NCBI GenBank assembly: GCA_964619725.1 | Contig: CAZUFC010000174.1 | Span: 1-14,875, forward strand | Length of the DNA stretch: 14,875 nucleotides | Direction of reading: 5' to 3' | Source of the DNA: an uncultured bacterium | GTDB lineage: Bacteria; CSSED10-310; CAZUFC01 | In this document: in pieces, positions 1 to 6,632 of the stretch | How the letters are laid out: every line of letters begins with the position of its first letter | Numbering within the stretch: position 1 is the stretch's first letter | Notes under the pieces: model-generated | The model's database searches: none | What the model was told of the DNA's origin: nothing | The model's input: only the letters and a program-made list of their open reading frames with translations | Program-made: the position numbers and the translations under genes

Positions 1-25
1 TGAACCGTCAATCTTTTATTTTTTT

Positions 26-177
26 AACCACGAATCTCACGAATCACACGAATCAAGAGAAAGGACACGACACAAATTAATTGTTTCGCGGTCAATCACT
101 GCTTGGAAAACATTCATTAGCTGAATTCCTCGGTCATGTCCGCATTCTTATTCGTGAGATTCGGGCGATTCGTGGTT
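26..177. repeat. Inverted-repeat (REP/MITE-like) element with arms built from 9-bp CACGAATCW units
   Basis: Left arm 26-53 AACCACGAATCTCACGAATCACACGAAT. Right arm 150-177 reads AACCACGAATCGCCCGAATCTCACGAAT on the reverse strand. The spacer is 96 bp. It lies just beyond the GNAT stop codon. Confidence 0.8.
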
Positions 178-182
178 GCAGT

Positions 183-647
183 TCAGACTTCCGGATGCAT
201 TCTTTTGGTAAAGTAAAAGATATCCCGGTGAATCCCGTAACCAAGTTTTCCGAATGCTTTCATTGATTCTTCGTTGTCCGCTTCAACGAGGGCGGCGAAT
301 ATTTCTATGCCCTGGTCCTGCAATCTCTGTTCCAGTTCCTTGATCATTTTCGTCGCCAGTCCCCGCCTGCGATATTCGGGGTCGACCGCCACCCTGTTGA
401 TCCATCCTTTCCTGCTGTCGTGCGAACCGAATGCCGACCCAACCAGCTTGTTGTCGATTTCCGCAACCAGGTAAATCGCTACAGCGCTCCCCGTCTGACC
501 GAATATCTGCTCCCGTCGATCTCTGCCTTTGGGCTTGTAAGGTAAATCAGCTCTGTTCCATAAATCGACCAGAGCATCATAATCAGCATCCCGGTATTTC
601 CTTATGACGATTTTTTCTCCTGCACTCATAATCCACATCCGGTTCAC
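183..647 (-). CDS. GNAT family N-acetyltransferase (YpeA-like)
   Basis: 154-aa ORF with GNAT core LVGSAFGSHDSRKGWINRVAVDPEYRRRGLA (acetyl-CoA motif A, RxxGxA) and C-terminal N...F.KLGY. The GTG start at 647 overlaps the upstream stop (GTGA); an alternative ATG start is at 629. Confidence 0.9.
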   Translation of the reverse strand: MNRMWIMSAGEKIVIRKYRDADYDALVDLWNRADLPYKPKGRDRREQIFGQTGSAVAIYLVAEIDNKLVGSAFGSHDSRKGWINRVAVDPEYRRRGLATKMIKELEQRLQDQGIEIFAALVEADNEESMKAFGKLGYGIHRDIFYFTKRMHPEV

Positions 648-1291
648 TCGAATCTTATGCCGTGTTCCCTTAACCCGGCAAGCAAATCTTCCGTCTCCTG
701 CTCCTCCGCATCGAATCTTATCGCTTTCATTCCGAATTCACTTGCTGCTTTGACGTTTGCACTCTTGTCGTCAATAAAAAGACACTCTTCCGGCCTTATA
801 TCGGGTATCGCCGATTTTATCCTTTTGAAAGCCCTTGCAAAAGCCTCCCTATCCGGTTTTTTCGCTCTAACGGCATAAGAACCTATCGCCAGAGACTTTT
901 CAAACGCTTCATACATGTCGAAACGTTCCATTATTTCCTGAAACCATTCCGCAGCATGATTGGACAATATCGCCGTTCCGTACCCCGCTTCTTTCAATCT
1001 TGCCGCTGTTCGTCGAACTTCCGGATATATCTGCATTTTGCACCTTACCAGCTCCCTCAATTCCCGCACAGTCTCCTCCAATTCACCGGCATCTTTCACT
1101 TCTGCCCAGAACTCATCCTCCGTAAACTCAGGACTCACCTCTATATTGCTCCAGGCTTCATCTGCAGAATGTATTATTTTTTCTCTCTGCGCCTCAGGAT
1201 ACCTCTCTTCAGCCAAGGCCCGCAAACTCGGCCCCAAAATCGAATGCGCCAACACCCCGGCTACGTCGAAAATTACCATCCGTATACTCAC
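644..1291 (-). CDS. HAD-superfamily hydrolase, subfamily IA (YihX-like phosphatase)
   Basis: Motif I IFDVAGVL, motif II ILSN, motif III K in AKKP, motif IV LFIDD followed by NVKAASEFG; helical cap between motifs I and II. Confidence 0.9.
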   Translation of the reverse strand: MSIRMVIFDVAGVLAHSILGPSLRALAEERYPEAQREKIIHSADEAWSNIEVSPEFTEDEFWAEVKDAGELEETVRELRELVRCKMQIYPEVRRTAARLKEAGYGTAILSNHAAEWFQEIMERFDMYEAFEKSLAIGSYAVRAKKPDREAFARAFKRIKSAIPDIRPEECLFIDDKSANVKAASEFGMKAIRFDAEEQETEDLLAGLREHGIRFE

Positions 1292-1449
1292 TATTGTGCC
1301 CTTCCTCTTCCAATGAATCCGAAACCGATCAAGACATCTTTACCTCAAATGCGCCTCATCCTTTCTTCTCCATCTGAAAAAATAAGTCGACAGCTCGTGC
1401 AAAGCAATTGCTTTTCAATGACGATCTGATGAGAATTCGATTTATTCTA

Positions 1450-1899
1450 TCAAAAAAAACTCGCCAGGATGACCGTATCTAGCCAGAATCTCTTGATGTT
1501 GCGCATAATCTTAACAAAGACTTTGAAATCCATGGGCTTGCAGATATAACAGTTTGCATGAAGCTCATAAGCCCGGTGGATGTCCTTGTCTGAATTCGAA
1601 GTCGATAACACGATAACCGGGATTTTTTTTAATTCCGGCATGCTCTTTATCTCAGCAAGCAGTTCCCGGCCGTCTTTCCGCGGGAGATTTAAATCCAGGA
1701 GGATCAGGTCAGGGCGGGGACTTTCCGCGTATTTACCCTTCTGCAGCAGAAAATCCAACGCTGCTTCACCATCTTCTGCAACATGCCAATTACACTTGTA
1801 ATCATTGTCGCCCCAGGCCTCCTTCGTCAATTCAGCATCTGCCGGGTCATCTTCGACCATCAATATCTCAGCCTGACGTTTCATCTTTTCTGCTGACAA
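1450..1899 (-). CDS. Single-domain response regulator, Rcp1-like
   Basis: ILMVEDD acidic pocket, phosphoacceptor in PDLILLDLNLPRKDG, LSTS, CKP and a C-terminal FWL typical of Rcp1-type receivers. GGAGG RBS upstream of the TTG start. Confidence 0.95.
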   Translation of the reverse strand: MSAEKMKRQAEILMVEDDPADAELTKEAWGDNDYKCNWHVAEDGEAALDFLLQKGKYAESPRPDLILLDLNLPRKDGRELLAEIKSMPELKKIPVIVLSTSNSDKDIHRAYELHANCYICKPMDFKVFVKIMRNIKRFWLDTVILASFF

Positions 1900-1918
1900 A
1901 AATACTACCTCCTCATCC

Positions 1919-3703
1919 TTATACCGGTAAACTGAAATAAAATTCCGATCCCTTGCCGGGTTCAGATTTTAACCAAATTCTGCCCTCATGTCCATATATA
2001 ATCTTTCGGCAAAGCGCCAGGCCTATCCCCGATCCGTCATTACTTCCGCCTCGCTTTAACTGTTTAAAAATCCGGAATATATAATCGAAGTATTTCGCAT
2101 CAATGCCTTTGCCGTTATCCTTAATTGTAAATACCTGCTCTTTGCCTATCTTTTCGCAGGAAATATGAATGTGCGGCGGTTCATCATTTTTGAATTTAAC
2201 CGCATTTTCTATCAGTTCTCTGAAAACATGCCTGATTTGCGACGGTATCGCTTTAATATAGGGCAGAGGATCATAAGTGACAACGGCTTGATTGCTCTCT
2301 AAATGCAACTTCAATTCCCGTTCGACGTCCTTGATCAAATCCTCACAATTAGTCGTTACGAAATTAGTTTTTCGCGTTTGAATTTTTGAATAATCGCGCA
2401 ATCCGCACATCAATTGACTTATCCTTTTACTGGCTTCCCTCATGTAATTCATGTAAGTCTTCATCGCCGCATCATCCGGAGCGACCAACCTCTCGTTCGC
2501 CAATTGCACGAAATTCGATATGCGACGAATCGGTTCCCGAAGTTCATGCGAGGCCAGATCAATGAATTGCACTAATTCACAATTCAACTGGTTTAACTCT
2601 TCCGCTTTTTGAATCAAATCCGCTTCATACTTTTTTCGCTCCGTTATGTCGATTACCTGGGCAATATGGCCGGAACTGAAAAGACTTTTCTTTACTTCCA
2701 CGGTTTTCTCCGAACCATCTTTTCGATTCAGCCTGTATTCCGTAGTACCCTGATTTTTCCCTTTTAACGTTTTTTTGATCTTCGACAACGCCTTGTCCAT
2801 GTAATGTTCATTATTTGAAAAAACCTGCCTGGCAACCTCCATCAGCGTCGAATATCCGTCAGTGTCGAACCCCAGCAAATCCTTGCAGGCTTTGTTTATG
2901 CTGACGATCTTACCCTGCTCGTCTGTGACTACTGTAGGTATCGGATTCTCGATAAGCGCTGCATTCAATAAATCCTGATATTCCTTCCGCCTGCTTATGT
3001 CGCGTATGATGCCTTCTATGCCTGCTATACGGCCGTTCTCATCACGGTAATAATGTGAATTCGTGCTGACCCATACCCCACTGCCGTCCTTATGCCTCAA
3101 CCTGGCTTCAAAATCCTCTATTACTCCTCCGCCCTCCTCAATTCCTTGAAGAAAGCGCTGCCTTTCTTCAGGAATATAATAAAAATCGGAGACTTTTTTT
3201 CCTTTCATTTCATCAGGCTTAAAACCCAATAATTTTTCCACCGATGAGGATATATTGGTTAAAACGCCTTCTCTATCAGCCCGGTAAAAGGTGTCCTGCA
3301 TATCGTTCAGCCTGTTTTCCAGATCAGCTTTCCTGGCCCTCAATGATTTCATCTCTTCGGACAAATCCGTTATCTCCGTCAATAAAAGTCCCAGGCCCGC
3401 ATCCGCAGAAAACACCTTGACATGATACCGGCTCTTCATTTCGCCGATATTTACCGACGCCTGGACGGTCGCCGTTCTGCCCTTATTCAATGACTTACGG
3501 ATGCCGCTGTTCCCGATTTTCTCGAAAAGTTCCGGCCATTCCTCAGAAAGCGACCTTCTCGCCGATTGCTCGCCTATTCCTAACGCTCGTTGCGCCGAAG
3601 CATTATACCTGATTATGTTCAGCTCATCATCAAGTAAAATCAGCGGCGTTTGCGCTTTATCCAAACAATTAAAAACCTGTTTGTTCCAGTTGGAAACCTT
3701 CAT
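1919..3703 (-). CDS. Cytoplasmic multi-PAS sensor histidine kinase
   Basis: About three PAS/PAC repeats ending EITD, DISRRK and DITERK. H-box ASHELREP, N-box LIENAVKF, G1 DNGKGI, G2 GSGIGLALC. No transmembrane segment is evident. Confidence 0.95.
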   Translation of the reverse strand: MKVSNWNKQVFNCLDKAQTPLILLDDELNIIRYNASAQRALGIGEQSARRSLSEEWPELFEKIGNSGIRKSLNKGRTATVQASVNIGEMKSRYHVKVFSADAGLGLLLTEITDLSEEMKSLRARKADLENRLNDMQDTFYRADREGVLTNISSSVEKLLGFKPDEMKGKKVSDFYYIPEERQRFLQGIEEGGGVIEDFEARLRHKDGSGVWVSTNSHYYRDENGRIAGIEGIIRDISRRKEYQDLLNAALIENPIPTVVTDEQGKIVSINKACKDLLGFDTDGYSTLMEVARQVFSNNEHYMDKALSKIKKTLKGKNQGTTEYRLNRKDGSEKTVEVKKSLFSSGHIAQVIDITERKKYEADLIQKAEELNQLNCELVQFIDLASHELREPIRRISNFVQLANERLVAPDDAAMKTYMNYMREASKRISQLMCGLRDYSKIQTRKTNFVTTNCEDLIKDVERELKLHLESNQAVVTYDPLPYIKAIPSQIRHVFRELIENAVKFKNDEPPHIHISCEKIGKEQVFTIKDNGKGIDAKYFDYIFRIFKQLKRGGSNDGSGIGLALCRKIIYGHEGRIWLKSEPGKGSEFYFSLPV

Positions 3704-3823
3704 TTATTACTGCTGCTTGAAAATTTATGAACAAAAATTCTTTGAATTTAATAATTGTGATATTAATAATTTCTTGAGTAACGTCTGAATAATCTGAAGA
3801 ACACCGGCGAATTCTCCTTTTTT

Positions 3824-3851
3824 ATTTTACAAGAAAATTTAAAAATTGCAA
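3824..3851 (-). promoter_or_regulatory. Putative sigma70-type promoter for the kinase-regulator operon
   Basis: Minus strand TTGCAA-N16-TAAAAT in an AT-rich tract about 120 bp upstream of the kinase start. Confidence 0.35.
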
Positions 3852-4094
3852 GTATTACAAGGAATCATGTTTATCCTGCACCGCTGGGTGTATGCGGGAC
3901 CGAGGATTCATCGCTGTTGACGTCCGGCGCCTGCCCGCCAATTGACATGCCGGTAAAAAGGACTTTGCTGACAGGCGCTGAATAAGCTCAGCCGGTATAT
4001 ATTCGTTACAACGATCGACAACGATCGGACCTGGGGCATATTCAGGGATGAGGATATAGCCTATCGTTCCATGCCGAATAAAAGACAACAAAAG

Positions 4095-4124
4095 TTGAAG
4101 AAGGGCCCGGCGACGACTTATACT
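4095..4124 (+). promoter_or_regulatory. Putative sigma70-type promoter for purD-purN
   Basis: TTGAAG (4095-4100)-N18-TATACT (4119-4124), which would give a leader of about 120 nt before purD. Confidence 0.4.
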
Positions 4125-4251
4125 GGAAGGAGGAAATCTGGACTGACGGAATCTTAGGGGCAAGCCGTAACCGGCTTGATCGAAAAAATAATTGACGCGG
4201 GCTGTCGGCGAAAAATCATGCGGGAAGAAATATGCGGGAGGTAAGTAAAAG

Positions 4252-5484
4252 ATGAAAGTTTTGATTCTGGGACAGGGAGCCAGGGAGCATGCGCTTCAAT
4301 GGGCTGTAAACAGGACTTCTGAAGCAGATCGATGTTTTTGTCTTCCGGGAAACGGAGGTACATCTGATAATGTAGATGGGGTTTCCATCAATGATTTCAA
4401 GGGAATTCTTCGATTCGTGAGGGAAAACAGGATCGATCTGACGGCGGTCGGACCGGAAGCGCCGCTGATAGACGGAATAGCGGATGAATTCCGGCGGGAA
4501 GGGCACAGCATATTCGGTCCCGGGCGGCGCGGCGCCATGCTGGAAGGAAGCAAAAGCTTTGCGAAACACTTTATGATGCGTCATGGCATCCCGACGGCCG
4601 GTTTTGAGGTATTCAACGATTTTTCTAAAGCGGCATCTTATTATGAAAGGCATGAGAATTTGGTGATAAAAGAGGATCAGCCGGCAGCGGGAAAAGGAGT
4701 TCATTTGCCCGATCAAAAAGAGGCGGGCATTACGCTTCTGCAGAGGTTGATCGACCGGGAAAACAAGACTGTTCTGCTTGAAGAGGAATTAAAGGGGTCC
4801 GAGTGCTCTGTGATATCTTTTACTGACGGCGGCACGATACGGCCGTTGACGGTTTCCAGGGATCACAAGCGAGCCTATGATGAAGATAAAGGACCTAATA
4901 CGGGCGGAATGGGAGCTTATGCCCCTGTGCCGGACATTAATCCCGAATTATTTGCGCGCATCGAAAGAGACATCATACAGCCATTCATCAGGGGGCTTAT
5001 CAGGGATCAAATTGACTACAAGGGGTTCATTTATTTCGGACTAATGCTGACGAAAGAGGGCCCCAGGGTACTCGAGTTCAACTGCCGCATGGGCGATCCC
5101 GAAGCACAGGTCATTCTGCCCTTGTTTAATGGCAATCTCGTTGAAACGATGGATGCCTGCATAAGGGGAGAATTAAACCGCATCAATTTCAGCGCTGAAA
5201 ACAAATCCTGTCTTTGCGTCGTACTGGCTTCCGGCGGATACCCCGGGAATTACATGAAAGGATGTGAAATATCCGGCACGGACCAGGTGAAAGATGCGCT
5301 TGTGTTCCATGCAGGAACCCGCCGGCAGGACGGCTGCCTGGTTACTTCCGGCGGACGCGTCTTGAGCGTGACGGGCAAGGCTGAAAACATAATTTCTGCA
5401 GCCCGGAAAGCTTATAATGAAATCAGTAAAATCCATTTCCATAATTCATTTTACAGAACCGACATCGGCAAAATGAAAGAATAG
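4252..5484 (+). CDS. purD: Phosphoribosylamine--glycine ligase (GAR synthetase)
   Basis: MKVLILGQGAREHAL, VGPEAPL, LEGSKSFAK, AAGKGV, DHKRAYDEDKGPNTGGMGAY, EFNCRMGDPE, VFHAGT, TSGGRVL, YRTDIG. GGAGGT RBS at 4237-4242. Confidence 0.98.
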   Translation: MKVLILGQGAREHALQWAVNRTSEADRCFCLPGNGGTSDNVDGVSINDFKGILRFVRENRIDLTAVGPEAPLIDGIADEFRREGHSIFGPGRRGAMLEGSKSFAKHFMMRHGIPTAGFEVFNDFSKAASYYERHENLVIKEDQPAAGKGVHLPDQKEAGITLLQRLIDRENKTVLLEEELKGSECSVISFTDGGTIRPLTVSRDHKRAYDEDKGPNTGGMGAYAPVPDINPELFARIERDIIQPFIRGLIRDQIDYKGFIYFGLMLTKEGPRVLEFNCRMGDPEAQVILPLFNGNLVETMDACIRGELNRINFSAENKSCLCVVLASGGYPGNYMKGCEISGTDQVKDALVFHAGTRRQDGCLVTSGGRVLSVTGKAENIISAARKAYNEISKIHFHNSFYRTDIGKMKE

Positions 5485-5533
5485 TAATTCTCTACCGGTC
5501 GCCCCGCCGTGAGCGCCGAAGGGATATGCAAAA

Positions 5534-6181
5534 ATGAAAACTGAAGCGGATAAAAAAAACAAAAATAAACTTAAAATCGTCATTTTTGCCTCCGGAAGCG
5601 GAACCAATCTGGAAGCCATTCTCACTGAATGGAAAACAGGGATACTCAAAAACAAAATCGAAGTCGCCGCGGTAATCAGCGACAATCCGGACGCTTACGC
5701 TCTCAAGCGTGCGGAAAATTTCGGAGTCCGCAGGACTGTCGTGGACAGAAAAAGATTCAGGTCTGTTCCTGGAAAGGAAAGACGTCGCGCTCATGAAAAA
5801 GAAATAGAGAGGCATCTGGACAGATTGCAGCCTGATCTGGTCGTTCTGGCGGGTTACATGAGAATACTAACCCCCGAATTCGTACGCAAATACTGGAAAA
5901 GAATCGTGAACATTCATCCGGCTGATACTGCGGCATACCAGGGACCGGACGGTTACGGATGGGCGGCGGAAAGAAAAAAAGAGATAACCCATACCAAAAT
6001 TACGGTTCATTTCGTCGACGAAGGCGTCGATACAGGACCGGTCATCAGACAGGAGGAAGTCCCGGTTTATCCTGACGATACGGTTGATTCCTTGAAGATG
6101 AGAGGACTGAAGGTCGAACACGAATTATATCCGGAAGTTCTGAGAGATATAGCCGATGGGAGGATAAGTACAGGGCGTTGA
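5534..6181 (+). CDS. purN: Phosphoribosylglycinamide formyltransferase
   Basis: ASGSGTNLEA phosphate loop, VVLAGYMRIL, catalytic N/H in VNIHP and D in TVHFVDEGVDTGP, EH near the C-terminus; directly follows purD. Confidence 0.96.
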   Translation: MKTEADKKNKNKLKIVIFASGSGTNLEAILTEWKTGILKNKIEVAAVISDNPDAYALKRAENFGVRRTVVDRKRFRSVPGKERRRAHEKEIERHLDRLQPDLVVLAGYMRILTPEFVRKYWKRIVNIHPADTAAYQGPDGYGWAAERKKEITHTKITVHFVDEGVDTGPVIRQEEVPVYPDDTVDSLKMRGLKVEHELYPEVLRDIADGRISTGR

Positions 6182-6374
6182 TCAGAACCGCAATGCAATC
6201 GGCCGTCAAAAAACATTTCTGCACCGGTTATTGTAACTTTGGGACTGATCAAACCGGGCTTACACTTTTTCATAAAATAATTGACTGAATGAAATTCCCA
6301 TAAGAAAATGCTCCTGACCCAAAATTATCTCCTCGAAGAACTAACCGCTGTTTTTTCATCAAGGGCCGCTTTTC

Positions 6375-6464
6375 TCGGTATCGGGATCGAGTTCGCAAGC
6401 GGGATCGAAATCGGTATCGGTATAGAAATCGGGGTCGGAGTTGGGGTCGCAATCGAAATCGACA
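6375..6464. repeat. Degenerate 6-bp tandem repeat (TCG-anchored, 15 units)
   Basis: tcggta tcggga tcgagt tcgcaa gcggga tcgaaa tcggta tcggta tagaaa tcgggg tcggag ttgggg tcgcaa tcgaaa tcgaca. Confidence 0.85.
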
Positions 6465-6582
6465 CTAAATGAATAGATATTCTGTAGAATTGTAATCCCA
6501 AAAGACGCATTTTTGATCAATGCCGACTCTTTATTCTGCCTAGTTTGTTTTTTAAGAGCAATCCCACAATATAATTCAGCGT

Positions 6583-6611
6583 TTGCAAATTTTCGTCTCT
6601 TTTTGTATAAA
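6583..6611 (+). promoter_or_regulatory. Putative sigma70-type promoter for the surface protein gene
   Basis: TTGCAA-N17-TATAAA followed by GGGAGG (6618-6623) and ATG at 6633. Confidence 0.45.
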
Positions 6612-6632
6612 AAGACTGGGAGGGCTGACGAA

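Noticed and set aside
26-177. CRISPR array
   Set aside because: The units are 9-bp and contiguous with no spacers, and no cas genes are present.
81-266. 61-aa plus-strand ORF
   Set aside because: It reads through the repeat arm and antisense into the GNAT gene, with no RBS or recognisable domain.
1290-1340. Selenoprotein read-through at GAGGTAAAG-ATG-TCT-TGA on the minus strand
   Set aside because: The read-through frame runs out of frame into the HAD gene, with no redox motif or evident SECIS hairpin.
3975-4090. c-di-AMP or ykkC/PRPP riboswitch (CGCTGAAT and ATAAAAGAC fragments)
   Set aside because: Only isolated short matches; the other conserved elements are absent.
4127-4150. RNase P RNA (GGAGGAAATCTGGAC resembles GAGGAAAGTCC)
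   Set aside because: The core motif is mismatched, there is no 3' ACAGAACCCGGCTTA-like partner, and there is no room before purD.
3855-4163. 102-aa minus-strand ORF in the intergenic region
   Set aside because: No recognisable motif or RBS, and the composition is typical of a chance ORF.
6513-6632. TTG start at 6513 for the surface protein
   Set aside because: A promoter-like sequence and RBS lie within this stretch, and the signal peptide fits a start at ATG 6633.
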